64,000 nucleotides of DNA, taken from NCBI GenBank assembly GCA_965649825.1, contig OZ287708.1, positions 153,201 to 217,200 on the forward strand, written 5' to 3'. Under the pieces are notes generated by a model, which had not been told where the DNA came from, ran no database searches, and saw nothing but the letters and a program-made list of their open reading frames with translations. Source of the stretch: Penicillus capitatus. Lineage: Eukaryota; Plantae; Chlorophyta. Below are positions 33,050 through 47,694 of this stretch, piece by piece (position 1 is the first letter of the stretch; each line of letters opens with the position of its first letter). The position numbers were made by a program, and so were the translations under genes.

Positions 33050-34150
33050 CCGCCGGAGAAAGAGAGCCGCCCGATCTGACGTCTCACCGCCGCCAGAGAC
33101 GAAGAGAGGCGTCCACCTGACGTCTCACCGCCGCCAGAGACGAAGACAGGCGTCCACCTGACGTCTCACCGCCGCCAGAGACGAAGACAGGCGTCCACCT
33201 GACGTCTCACCGCCGCCAGAGACGAAGACAGGCGTCCACCTGACGTCTCACCGCCGCCAGAGACGAAGACAGGCGTCCACCTGACGTCTCACCGCCGCCC
33301 GAGACGAAGACAGGCGTCCACCTGACGTCTCACCGCCGCCCGAGACGAAGACAGGCGTCCACCTGACGTCTCACCGCCGCCCGAGACGAAGACAGGCGTC
33401 CACCTGACGTCTCACCGCCGCCCGAGACGAAGACAGGCGTCCACCTGACGTCTCACCGCCGCCCGAGACGAAGACAGGCGTCCACCTGACGTCTCACCGC
33501 CGCCCGAGACACAAGGAGGCGTCAACCTGACGTCTCACCGCCGCCAGAGACGAAGACAGGCGTCAACCTGACGTCTCACCGCCGCCAGAGACGAAGACAG
33601 GCGTCTACCTGACGTCTCACCGCCGCCCGAGACGAAGACAGGCGTCCACCTGACGTCTCACCGCCGCCAGAGACGAAGACAGGCGTCCACCTGACGTCTC
33701 ACCGCCGCCCGAGACGAAGACAGGCGTCAACCTGACGTCTCACCGCCGCCCGAGACGAAGACAGGCGTCCACCTGACGTCTCACCGCCGCCAGAGACGAA
33801 GACAGGCGTCCACCTGACGTCTCACCGCCGCCCGAGACGAAGACAGGCGTCCACCTGACGTCTCACCGCCGCCCGAGACGAAGACAGGCGTCCACCTGAC
33901 GTCTCACCGCCGCCCGAGACACATAGAGACGTCCACCTGACGTCTCACCGCCGCCCGAGACACATAGAGACGTCCACCTGACGTCTCACCGCCGCCAGAG
34001 ACACAAGGAGGCGTCCACCTGACGTCTCACCGCCGCCCGAGACACAGAGAGACGTCCACCTGACGTCTCACCGCCGCCAGAGACGAAGACAGGCGTCCAC
34101 CTGACGTCTCACCGCCGCCCGAGACACAAAGAGGCGTCCACCTGACGTCT
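33050..34150. repeat. Array type C, ~26 copies of a 41-bp unit
   Basis: GGCGTCCACCTGACGTCTCACCGCCGCC(A/C)GAGACGAAGACA, period 41 (CGTCTCACC at 33121 and 33162). Confidence 0.97.
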
Positions 34151-34590
34151 GGCCGCCGATGAAGACAGCAATGGGCGACCAGCCCACCGCTCTGGCCGTC
34201 ACCGGAGGCCATCCTTCTGCTCTGGCTGCCCGTGGAGGCAGCCAGAGCACCGTACCTGATCTCTCGCTGCCACTCGAGGCAGCAATGGGCGACCAGCCCA
34301 ACGCTCTGCCCGCCAGTGGAGGCGGTAATGGCGGCCGACAATCATCTGGCCGTCGACGAAGGCCATCCTTCCGCTCTGGCTGCCCCTGGAGGCAGCCAGG
34401 GCACCCTACTTGATCTCTCGCTGCCACTCGAGGCAGCAATGGGCGGCCGATTCGACATCTGGCCGTCACTGGAGGCCGACCCTCACGCTCTGGCTGCCAT
34501 TGGAGGCAGCCAGGGCGCCGCCCTACCTGATGTTTTGGCCGCCAATGGAGGCGGCAATGGGCGGCCGACTGACATCTGGCCGCCGCCAGA
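34150..34590. repeat. Hairpin-monomer array type B (short)
   Basis: GGCTGCC/GGCAGCC and GCTGCC-ACTCGA-GGCAGC units. Confidence 0.85.
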
Positions 34591-35689
34591 GAAAGAGAGA
34601 TGCATCCAATCTGACGCCTGACAGCCGCTGGAGAAAGAGAGGCGTCCAATCTGATGGCTGCCTGTGATTGGTGTCAGTGCTCTTTTAGGGTGACCTTCCG
34701 CGCCGCACTGTAAGCTCTTATATCGTACAGTTGCATTTTCTTATTTTTTTCTGTAGACTTTGTGACGGGCCGGGCGACTTTTCTTCCGTGCACCACCGTT
34801 ATCAGACCTGTCCACTTAACATCTCACTCTTAAGTCGCTTTGCTGAGAGCTATGATTCAATAGCTACAGTTTTAATATGTTATCAAAGCCTTCTACCTTT
34901 TTTACCTCTCATGTTTCGAGCATACAAGAAAGTACGACATCAGAGTTTTTTGTTTTGGAAAGAGTTACACGGCGTACGAATGAACTGCTGTCAGAGAACG
35001 CACGTAATCCCCCTGTGTCGAATGCACTAGACGATTTTAAGGAACTTCAGCTGTCAGCGCGTTTATCTCAGATGGAGATTGCCTCCACAGAATAAAATGC
35101 AGCATGGCGGCGGCGCCTGCCTATCTTTCCGTACAGAGATGACGACGTGTGCTCGCGAGTGAGAGAGCGTCACATCACCACTGCGATCGAATTCTGATTA
35201 AAGTGTTGTCGACGTTTACAATATGTGTTTTGTGTAATGTGTGTGACGTCAACGTTCAATATGTGCGTGTCGGATTCTATACAAACAATCAGGAACAGAG
35301 CGCCAGAATGCACACGGTATATCAACCCGATGAAGTACAGTTCACAACATCAAGAGCAACTTCGCAGTCTTAGAGCATGCAGGAGCTGGCTGTCATAGAC
35401 TGTGCCAGCTGAAGGATCGCTCGGACATCCAGACATCGATGAATAGGAACTCGATGCACGCGACAACCGAATGCAGTTCTTGATTTCAGTCTAGATACGA
35501 ATCTCGGCGTCAGCAACTCTCGGCGATCTGACAGACGGCAACAAAGCATATCAAGGGAACAGTAATGGGTGCTGCATGGGGAAGCATGATGAAAACTGAT
35601 AAGCGAAACCGGCACACATCTCAGCCATCGAGTCAAAGGGGATAGATAGCATGATGACTCAGTGCGGTGAACCTCACAGATCGTTATGC

Positions 35690-36830
35690 ATTGGCCGATT
35701 CAGAGATGCCTACCTTCTCGGTGCCAGTGTCCTCTGTGCTCTCCTCCGTTCGGGTGTCCCTCTCTCGCACCGTATCCGAGACACAGACGGACTGTTCATT
35801 CTTATGCCGAGTCGTCGTCGCCGACGCTGTCCCTGATTCGAGAGAAACGGGGAGAGAGCAGTGAACAGCCTTCGGTTTTGCAGATGGCTGAGCGTTTGGT
35901 TGTTGTCTTGGCAACAGGAATCCTTTCTTCGATCCCTTCTTGGTTTCAGCTTTAGCTATCGAGGACACGTACCCTTCCGTCAAAGCACCTGGCTGTCATT
36001 GTGGGGGTACCTTGCCGAGATTGGCTTCGGCCACTTTCTCGAGTCTCTCCAGCGATCCAGCATCGATTCGATTCCATTATCTGTCATGCCACTCTTCATC
36101 TCTGACGATAGAAGAAGATCCCACAGCAGAGATCTCTGTCTGCAATCTGTAACCTCGTTCAGTCGACGTGGCTTGAACGGCTGCTCCCCGTTCCTGACAC
36201 GCATCGGCCTCCGCCGATATGCATGTGATCTTTGATGGCTCTGCAACGATCACGTCATTTCCATCGAGTCCATGACAGAGAGCACAACCACGGGAATGTC
36301 GCCTGTGTGTAAGAATGGCCTCAGCTTCACATGCCGAGCACTCGACCACGTATTGACAGCCAAGATCGACGAAAACACGTTCTGCTTGCAGCACAACATT
36401 CAAAGCATCCGACCGCATTCACAGGTACCTAAATGGACGAGACAGCTGTCGCGTGCATACCCACCCAGCGTGGCAGCCCTTGATATTCTGTTCAGGTTGT
36501 GCGCGCACTTCCGATAGGCACTGCAAGGTTCGGTCGATCTCTTGATCGGTCGAGTCGAGCATGAGCCTTCACAGGATCCCCTTGCACAATTGCCCCGAAT
36601 CGCGTGATGCGCCTCGCGCCTGTTGTGTTCGCTGGGACGACGCCATTGCAGAACAACTGGAATCGGCAGACGGACAGTTGCGAATTGATGCGAGACCAAA
36701 CTTTGCGATGTGGAGAAGAGGTCGTGGCTGGTGCGATCCAAGCAACCACAGTTAGCGAGAGAGTTAAACATAGAAACATGGCATTTCTGCATCTCGCACT
36801 TTTGACACTGACGGACACCTTTGTCACTCT
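35690..36830 (-). pseudogene. Inverted paralogue of the degenerate fragment at 5745-6880
   Basis: High-identity reverse complement with its own stops and indels. Confidence 0.45.
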
Positions 36831-36835
36831 TTTCT

Positions 36836-38757
<1,922 letters not shown>

Positions 38758-40291
38758 TGGTTTGGCCTCGTAAAGATATCGAGATCCATCAGTTCTCTGT
38801 GCAGGATGCTCGCGTAGATGCAGTGAAGGGTAGGAACTGAATCCGCGATTGGATTCATCCCCTTCTGTCTCGTCTCGATTTGCCAGCCGAAACATCGAGG
38901 AGTGGACAGTCGCATTCTTTTAGCATCCGAACAAACTCTCTCGCATCTGAAATCGTTTTACCGTCTGCAGAGCCGCATCACGTAATGTATGTTCTCTCGC
39001 ACCGTTGTTTCGAGGACGCTTTGTTATGCGGATGCATTCCTCGGTCTCGGTCCAACGCGCCGACGTCGACAGGCATCTCGGTGTTCTGCGAGGAATGCCG
39101 AGTCGCTGGTCCAAACGGCAGAGCCGAGAGCAGGCGTGACTACAGTCTCTGCCGTTCATGCATTCCACAGTGCACTTACTGTCCAAGAGCACGCGGACAG
39201 CACTGACGACATCGTCCAGGAACGCCCCGCGCGCACAGAACACTCGGCGGAAGTTGTTCGTCTTTCATTACAGAGATGTTCGACAAGTGGTCTCGGAACA
39301 GAAGACGGACGTTCTCCGTCACAGCCACCACAGCATCAGAACTCGCAGGACACTAGAACGGAACGGCATGGACGATTCCAACGAGGACGCAGCAGCATGT
39401 CATCCCTTTCCAATGACAATCTGCCTCTTTGGTGCGCTCTGCACAGTGGAATACGCCTGAGAGAAGGTAGGTGATAGCATCGGATCGCAACTGGCCCAGG
39501 CCGCGATCGACAGCGCCATCAAACAGGTTGCTCTCGAGACTGCCTGATCTACGGATTCGCAGACAGAACAGCAGTCCTGCACAGCATCCGCACAACGCGA
39601 CCGACTTCGCTGGTCGAAGCGAACGGCGTCCTCTAAGGCACTCCCTCGAAGCTGTGCGCGAGCACGAACCGAAACGACGACTCCGTGGCCGTTTGCTTCT
39701 CGCAGAAGGCGTCGTCGGTTCCGCCTTCCATGTTCGAGGGAGTTAGGACCAACGACATCTCCTCAAACCGACTCGCGTTACACCGCGCAGAACGCTCTGT
39801 CGACGGCGTTTGCGACGGAGACGCCCGAAACAGAAGGCCCTCTCGACGCAGAGTCCGTGCCGATCCTGCGAACGAGAGAGACCGCCTCATTTCTATGCCC
39901 AGGCAACGCGGAGCTGGCTCGAGCGGTTGGCCGTTCGGAGAATCGCGTCGAAACAGCCGCAGACAACGCATGCGCGTTACACTCAGAGCGGAGCACACGG
40001 ACAAACTGTAAGGAATTTCTTCTGTAAAACACTTCACAAAGTGTCCAGAAGCGTTCTCCCGTTCGCGTCGCGGATCCGACGACAGTGCTTAGCGTTTCTG
40101 GACGTCTGTCGGCCGATCGTTTGTCCGGCGGCGCTGCATGCGCCGCCAAACGGTCACGGTTCCCAGCCGCCACCCGCAGGCCGCGCTCGGCAACCGAGGC
40201 GGCCTATAAAGGTCCTGTCACAGACCCTTCCGCACTGTCGAGTTGTTCGAACTCCTTCCTGTTTTCCGCGCGCTCAAGAGAAGAAGAAGAT

Positions 40292-41616
40292 ATGGCCGAC
40301 GCACGCATGTTCACAGAAGAAGATTACGGATATCCTGACAGACCGTAAGTCCCGTGGCCATTCGTCGACTCGTCGCGCGCTACAGAGCCTTTCGCCTGCG
40401 GCTGGACGCTCTCCATGAACACAACACGCATGCGTCCGGCTGCAGTCGAGAAGCTCTGCAGCGCGCGACGCGTCGACAAACTCTTCTTCGACTGATCTCT
40501 AACACTTGTGTGTTCCCAGCTTTGCCCAAGTCACGTTGAGGGAGGTCCTGGGAAGTCACCCGCCCAGGGCCTTCGAGGGCTTGGATGAGGCCGCGCGTGC
40601 GCAGTTGTATTGGGATTTAAAATCCCGAACAACTGCGCAGAGGGGTCAAGCGCACATCGATGCGCAGACCCCTCCTGTGCGGTTTGGACCCAATAGGGTC
40701 CAAACCCCACAGCCGCGGCCCGGGCGGCGGGCAAGGATCCTCTCCACCGAAGAGAGGAGAGCGCGGCTGGCCCAAGAGGGCCAGCCTGCTGCACCTCCGC
40801 CGCCCCAGCGTGTCCCGGCATATGCACCGCCGCCGCCGGCCACCCAGCATGGAGCGCCGCCACCGCCACCGCCACCGACAGCCTCTCAGCCTGGAGCGCC
40901 CCAGCCTGCCACCGCCCATCATGGAGCACCGACGCCAGCCGCTCCTCCTCAGTCGCCTCAAGGCCAGCCTCCTGCCGCCTCACAGTCTGCTGCGCCACCG
41001 CCGTCCTCGCAGCCTGGAGCGCCGCCACCGTCGCCAGCTTCTGAGGCACCACACATGGAGTGGTCGCCTTTCCCTGCGCCGCCGCCCTCGCAGCCTGGAG
41101 CGCCGCCACCGTCGCCAGCTTCTGAGGCACCACACATGGAGTGGTCGCCTGCCTCTGCGCCGCCTGCCGCCGCCCGACCGTCCCAGCCGCCCATCATGGA
41201 GTGGTCTCTGACGCCGATACCACAGCCCATCCCCTTCCCGCCGTCCGGGCCGCAGAGCCAATCTCCTCTGTTTCCTGTGCGGCCGCAGGTATTCTGTATA
41301 CCTGCAACTCCTTCCCCCGTTATCCCCTCTCGTCCCCTCTTTTTCTCCCTCCCTGCCCGACCACCTCCCTTCCCCCAACGGACCTCTGTCTTTTGTCTGA
41401 ATGCCCCTCCTCCCATCCCTCCCCGTCCCTTCATTTTCCCAGTTACGCCGCCCGGATTCCACCGCCGTCCATATTTTATGTCCGGCGAATGTGTCCGGAT
41501 TTGTTCGACGGCCATCCCAGAACGTCTGTTCTTCATGTCTGGGCACTGCGTAAGTGAATTTCTCTTCTTTGTCTCTCTTATGCTTTCCTTTTGTGTAGGT
41601 TTCTGTCCAATTTTAG
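40292..41616 (+). CDS. Novel proline-rich protein, copy U3 (366 aa; exons 40292-40344, 40520-41549, 41599-41616)
   Basis: Same exon structure and phase; spliced length 1101 nt is in frame. Three MEWS motifs, one from an internal duplication. Confidence 0.85.
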
Positions 41617-42019
41617 GGCAGATAGGGCGACAGATCCCCGGTTTTTTGAGCTATTTTTAGGTGCTGCGAAAAATTTAAACAAAACAAAAAGTTTTCTGTT
41701 TCAGTCTCACATCTCTCACTTTTTTCTGTGAGAAAAAATAAAGAATAAATAATAAATAATAAAGAAAAGTCACACTCTGAAAAGTGTGACTAGAAAATGA
41801 AAAACTAAAAAAAATACAAAGATGCAAGGGGCTGTTTTTCTGTGCCGTATTTCTCTGCCATTCCACCTCCGCTTTGTTGTGGTTGGCTCTGTGCGTTTTT
41901 TGCCCGGAGGCTGTAGAAACTCATCTGCTGTGTTATACATGAGCTGCTGCTTAATATTTGCTGCTTTGCTGCACGGAGGCTGGCGTGTTTTCTTACCCTG
42001 TGTCTGGCTGTGATTAAGA

Positions 42020-42420
42020 CTGGTGGCTGAGATTGATACTAGAGACTGAGACTGGTGGCTAATGGCTGGTGGCTGGTGGTTGAGACTGAGACTGGAGATT
42101 GATACTGGAGACTGAGACTGGTGGCTGGTGGTTGAGATTGATACTGGAGACTGAGACTGGTGGCTGGTGGTTGAGATTGATACTGGAGACTGAGACTGGT
42201 GGCTGGTGGCTGAGATTGTTGAGTCTGAGACTGGTGGCTGGTGGCTGGAGATTGATACTGGAGACTGAGACTGGTGGCTGAGATTGTTGAGTCTGAGACT
42301 GGTGGCTGGTGGCTGAGATTGTTGAGTCTGAGACTGGTGGCTGGTGGCTGGAGATTGTTGAGTCTGAGACTGGTGGCTGGTGGCTGGAGATTGTTGAGTC
42401 TGAGACTGGTGGCTGACATT
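42020..42420. repeat. Array type D (~29-40 bp units)
   Basis: GAGACTGGTGGCTGGTGGCTGGAGATTGTTGAGTCT and GAGATTGATACTGGAGACT variants in tandem. Confidence 0.92.
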
Positions 42421-42429
42421 GGTGATTGA

Positions 42430-43460
42430 GATTAGTGGCTGTTGCTGCCCTGCTGCTATTGGATGCCCATGACGATCCGTTTGCTTGCTGGAGGCCAGTG
42501 GAGGCCGTCCTGGATGTCCTATCCCTATGACTCGCTGTGATTGGTTGCTGCAATTGGATGCCAAGGACGATCTCTTTGCTTGCTGGCGGCCAGTGGAGGC
42601 CGTCCTGGATGTCCTATCCCTATACCTCGCTGTGATTGGCTGCTGCTATTGGATGCACATGACGATCTGTTTACTGCCCTGCTGCTATTGGATGCCCATG
42701 ACGATCCGTTGCTTGCTGGAGGCCAGTGGAGGCCGTCCTGGATGTCCTATCCCTATGACTCGCTGTGATTGGTTGCTGCAATTGGATGCCAAGGACGATC
42801 TCTTTGCTTGCTGGAGGCCAGTGGAGGCCGTCCTGGATGTCCTATCCCTATGACTCGCTGTGATTGGTTGCTGCAATTGGATGCCAAGGACGATCTCTTT
42901 GCTTGCTGGCGGCCAGTGGAGGCCGTCCTGGATGTCCTATCCCTATACCTCGCTGTGATTGGCTGCTGCTATTGGATGCACATGACGATCTGTTTACTGC
43001 CCTGCTGCTGTTGGATGCCAAGGACGATATGTTTGCTGCCCTGCTGCTGTTGGATGCTGAGGATGATCTGTTTGCTTTCTGGCGGCCAGTGGATGCCGTC
43101 CTGGATATCCTATCCCTATGCCTCGCTGTGGCTGCCCTGCTGCAATTGGATGCCAAGGACGATCTCTTTGCTGCCCTGCTGCTGTTGGATGCCAAGGACG
43201 ATATGTTTGCTGCCCTGCTGCTGTTGGATGCTGAGGATGATCTGTTTGCTTTCTGGCGGCCAGTGGATGCCGTCCTGGATATCCTATCCCTATGACTCGC
43301 TGTGATTGGTTGCTGCAATTGGATGCCAAGGACGATCTCTTTGCTTGCTGGCGGCCAGTGGAGGCCGTCCTGGATGTCCTATCCCTATGCCTCGCTGTGG
43401 CTGCCCTGCTGCAATTGGATGCCAAGGACGATCTCTTTGCTTGCTGGCGGCCGAGAGAGG
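42430..43460. repeat. Array type A with higher-order structure
   Basis: TTGGATGCC(C/A)A(T/A)GACGATCT sub-units alternate with GG(A/C)GGCC-AGTGGA-GGCCGTCC-TGGATGTCCTATCCCTAT units. Confidence 0.93.
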
Positions 43461-43479
43461 CCGTCAGCGATCTCCTTCG

Positions 43480-45770
43480 CACAACTGGCGGCCAAGAGAA
43501 GCCATCGTGGGCGACCTACCTGATGTCTGGCCGTAACTAGAGGTTTCGTGGGCGTCATACCCACTGCTCAAGCTGTCATTGGAGCCCGTCGTGCGTACCC
43601 TACCTACCGCTCTGGACGCCGACGAAGACAAATACAGGCGTCCAATCTGACGTCTTTCCGCCGCAGAAGAGAGGGGCGGTCACAGGCGTCCAGCCCAACG
43701 CTCTGGCCGCCATTGGAGGCGGCCATGGCGGCTGACTGACATCTGGCCGTCATTCGAGGCCTACCGACCGCTCTGGCTGCCAGTGGAGGCAACCATGGGC
43801 GGCCGACTCACATCTGGCCGTTATTCGAGGCCTACCGACCGCTCTGGCTGCCAGTGGAGGCGGCCAGGGCACCCCCTACCTACCGCTCTGGACGCTGCCG
43901 TAGACAAATACAGGCGTCCAATCTGACGTCTTTCCGCCGCAGAAGAGAGGGGCGGTCACAGGCGTCCTGCCCAACGCTCTGGCTGCCAGTGGAGGCAGTC
44001 ATGGGCGGCCGACTCACATCTGGCCGTCACTCGAGGCCAACCCAACGCTCTGGCCGCCAGTGGAGGCGGCCAGGGAACCTTACCTACCGCCCTGGCCGCC
44101 ATTGGAGGCGGCCATGGGCACACTATTGACGCTCTGGCCGCCAGTGGAGGCGGCCAGGGAACCTTACCTACCGCCCTGGCCGCCATTGGAGGCGGCCATG
44201 GGCACACTATTGACGCTCTGGACGCCATTGGAGGCGGCCATGGCGGCTGACTGACATCTGGCCGTCACTCAAGGCTTACCTACCGCCCTGGCCGCCATTG
44301 GAGGCGGCCATGGGCACACTATTGACGCTCTGGCCGCCAGTGGAGGCAGCCAGGGCACCCCCTACCTACCGCTCTGGACGCCATTGGAGGCGGCCATGGG
44401 CACACTATTGACGCTCTGGCCGCCAGTGGAGGCAGCCAGGGCACCCCCTACCTACCGCTCTGGACGCCGCCGAAGACAAATACAGGCGTCCAATCTGACG
44501 TCTTTCCGCCGCAGAAGAGAGGGGCGGTCACAGGCGTCCTGCCCAACGCTCTGGCTGCCAGTGGAGGCAGTCATGGGCGGCCGACTCACATCTGGCCGTC
44601 ACTCGAGGCCAACCCAACGCTCTGGCCGCCAGTGGAGGCGGCCAGGGAACCTTACCTACCGCCCTGGCCGCCATTGGAGGCGGCCATGGGCACACTATTG
44701 ACGCTCTGGCCGCCAGTGGAGGCGGCCAGGGAACCTTACCTACCGCTCTGGCCGCCATTGGAGGCGGCCATGGGCACACTATTGACGCTCTGGCCGCCAG
44801 TGGAGGCGGCCAGGGAACCTTACCTACCGCTCTGGCCGCCATTGGAGGCGGCCATGGGCACACTATTGACGCTCTGGCCGCCAGTGGAGGCGGCCAGGGA
44901 ACCTTACCTACCGCTCTGGCCGCCATTGGAGGCGGCCACGGCGGCTGACTGACATCTGGCCGTCATTCGAGGCCTACCGACCGCTCTGGCTGCCAGTGAA
45001 GGCAGCCAGGGCACCCCCTACCTACCGCTCTGGACGCCATTGGAGGCGGCCATGGGCACACTATTGACGCTCTGGCCGCCAGTGGAGGCAGCCAGGGCAC
45101 CCCCTACCTACCGCTCTGGACGCCGCCGAAGACAAATACAGGCGTCCAATCTGACGTCTTTCCGCCGCAGAAGAGAGGGGCGGTCACAGGCGTCCTGCCC
45201 AACGCTCTGGCTGCCAGTGGAGGCAGTCATGGGCGGCCGACTCACATCTGGCCGTCACTCGAGGCCAACCCAACGCTCTGGCCGCCAGTGGAGGCGGCCA
45301 GGGAACCTTACCTACCGCCCTGGCCGCCATTGGAGGCGGCCATGGGCACACTATTGACGCTCTGGCCGCCAGTGGAGGCGGCCAGGGAACCTTACCTACC
45401 GCTCTGGCCGCCATTGGAGGCGGCCACGGCGGCCGACTCACATCTGGCCGTCACTCGAGGCCAACCCAACGCTCTGGCCGCCAGTGGAGGCGGCCAGGGA
45501 ACCTTACCTACCGCCCTGGCCGCCATTGGAGGCGGCCATGGGCACACTATTGACGCTCTGGCCGCCAGTGGAGGCGGCCAGGGAACCTTACCTACCGCCC
45601 TGGCCGCCATTGGAGGCGGCCATGGGCACACTATTGACGCTCTGGACGCCATTGGAGGCGGCCATGGGCACGCTATTGACGCTCTGGCCGCCAGTGGAGG
45701 CAGCCAGGGCACACTATTGACCGCTCTGGCCGTCACTGGAGGCCATCCTTCTGCTCTGGCTGTCGGTGGA
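43480..45770. repeat. Hairpin-monomer array type B (42-bp monomers in 84-bp dimers, with interspersed C-like units)
   Basis: GCCAGGGAAC recurs at 44641 and 44725 (period 84). C-like GGCGTCCAATCTGACGTCTTTCCGCCG occurs near 43637, 43913, 44485 and 45141. Confidence 0.95.
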
Positions 45771-46840
45771 GGCAGTTCTGGATTGAAGCTGGCGCAAGCG
45801 GCCAAATCTGAGTCTGCCTCGCAGATCAACATCCTCTCACTTTAAGGAAGTGATCTACAGGTTAGCTATTCTTTACACAATCTCTTATCTAAACAATGTC
45901 ACAGTCTGCAGAGACAGAGACAATATGAAATCATTGTTTTCAGTTGTAGAGATTCGTTCAGCAAACATGTCTTGAGGAAGACCTGCTGTCAAAGCTCTCT
46001 GTCTTTTTTCTACCTTTTTTGCTTTATTCAATGAAGTGTGACATCAGAGTTCTTAGTTTTAGAAAGAGTGACATGGCGTACGAATCAACTGCTGTCAGAG
46101 ACCGTGCGTAATCTTCCCTGTGTCGAATGCACTGGACGATTTTTAAGGAACTTCAGCCCCCAGCGCGTTCTTCTTAGATTGAGATTGCCTCCGCAGAATA
46201 GAATGCAGCATGGCGGCGCCGCCATCCTATCTTGTCCTACAGAGATGACGACGTGTGCTCGCGAATGAGATAGTATTACACCACCGCTGTGATCGAGTTC
46301 AGTTCTGATTAAAGTGTTGTCGACGTTTACAATATGTGTTTTGTGTGATGTGTGTGACGTCAACGTTTGATATGTGCGTTTCTTATTCTATACAAACAAT
46401 CAGGAACAGAGCGCCAGAATGCACACGGTATATCAACCCGATGAAGTACAGTTCACAACATCAAGAGCAACTTCGCAGTCTTAGAGCATGCAGGAGCTGG
46501 CTGTCATAGACTGTGCCAGCTGAAGGATCGCTCGGACATCCAGACATCGACGACTAGGAACTCGATGCACACGACAGCCGACTGCAATTCCTTATTTCAG
46601 TCTAGATATGAATCTCGTTGTCAGCAACTTTCGGCGATCTGACAGACAGCACAAAATATGTCAAGGGAACAGTAATGGCTGCTGCATGGAGAAGCAAGAT
46701 GAAAACTGATCAACGAAACCGGCACACAACTCAGCTATGGAGTCAAAGGGGATAGATGGCATGATGACTCAGTGCGGTGAGCATCACAGATCGTTATGCA
46801 TCGTGGCGAATGATCCGCTCAATTTCTCGCCGTCATTTGT

Positions 46841-47233
46841 TTAAAAATGTCGACACGTACAACGAAAAGGCTCTTTCAAGGATATCTCCGACGGCAAAAC
46901 AAACAACAGACGCGATTGCCCTTTCCAATGATCCCTCTTCACGACACAAGATGTATGCAGCTTTCCACCTTGAACGATCCGAGAGCAGTAGGCACAATAG
47001 ATAACGGGGAACGGTTTTTCCTCAGTCGGATCGCGCCTGTCTCTTTTTGCAAGATCGCGCATCCCGAATCTGTTGCTTCGAGATTGAAATGTCAATGGAT
47101 CGATGTCGTGTTTGTTGTCGTCACTGCTGACAGCATTGAGATAGCTCAGCGGTCGGTAGGACAGAGAACATAGCTCTGGGCGGTGTGGTTTTTGGCGCGC
47201 TTCTGACTCGAGAGATCCACATTTCTTAGGCAT
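46841..47233 (-). CDS. Possible hypothetical ORF abutting the U3 end
   Basis: 130-aa ORF with CxxC (IYCAYC); no other support. Confidence 0.2.
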   Translation of the reverse strand: MPKKCGSLESEARQKPHRPELCSLSYRPLSYLNAVSSDDNKHDIDPLTFQSRSNRFGMRDLAKRDRRDPTEEKPFPVIYCAYCSRIVQGGKLHTSCVVKRDHWKGQSRLLFVLPSEISLKEPFRCTCRHF

Positions 47234-47694
47234 TCGCTTTTACAATTCGCGAATCCCAAAGCCAAAAGGTCCCGAATCCTCAACCAGTATCCCATTCAGC
47301 GAAGGAGTGCCTAACTGCATCAGCCAAGGATCGAAGAATATGCAAATTCCCGAGATCTCGCGGACTCTATGAAATGAAATCGAGACCCGACACGAACACT
47401 TGTGAAAGAGAAGCGAAAGATGGACGCATATTTAACGCTGCAGTCCGTCAAGGGGTTCAGAGAACATATGCGTCCACCTGGCTTGATTTCGTGGAACACT
47501 ATATCATTTTCCCTCGACACTTCCCCACTTCATAATAGGTCCAGTGATATGTTTTTGACCCAGCCCTTCGTCACAAGAGTCAAGAATCAATGCACACTGC
47601 TGGTCGCGGACGACAAGCAGCAGAAAGGAAAACGAAATTGGTCATGACTGTCACGCTGTGCACTTGCATGCACGTCAGCGAAGCGCCGCCAATT

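Larger units (their letters stand above)
27513..35680 (+). mobile_element. Cassette copy U2
   Basis: Abrupt left junction at 27513 into sequence homologous to 16263 downward. Then NDUFA6, gene X, Pro-rich gene, decayed A, C, B and the terminal segment. Confidence 0.5.
38760..46790 (+). mobile_element. Cassette copy U3 (lacks NDUFA6; left side joined to the Hsp70/coiled-coil patchwork)
   Basis: Partial gene X, Pro-rich gene, arrays D, A and B, then the terminal segment ending CATCACAGA at 46790. U0 (1-3800) is its inverted, window-truncated counterpart. Confidence 0.5.

Noticed and set aside
33050-34150. CRISPR array interpretation of the 41-bp repeats
   Set aside because: The variable part is only ~8 nt and recurs in runs rather than being unique spacers. 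There are no cas genes and the context is eukaryotic.
34683-34690. TTTTAGGG telomere-like octamer
   Set aside because: Single copies only, with no array.
35600-35625. Minimal hammerhead-like CTGATAAGCGAAAC in the terminal segment (variants near 6957, 46707 and 58243)
   Set aside because: No copy has an exact CUGANGA core, and I cannot build stems I and III or a cleavage triplet.
42020-42420. Clustered GCTGGTGG (E. coli Chi) octamers in array D
   Set aside because: A by-product of the TGGTGGC repeat; RecBCD is irrelevant in a eukaryotic nucleus.
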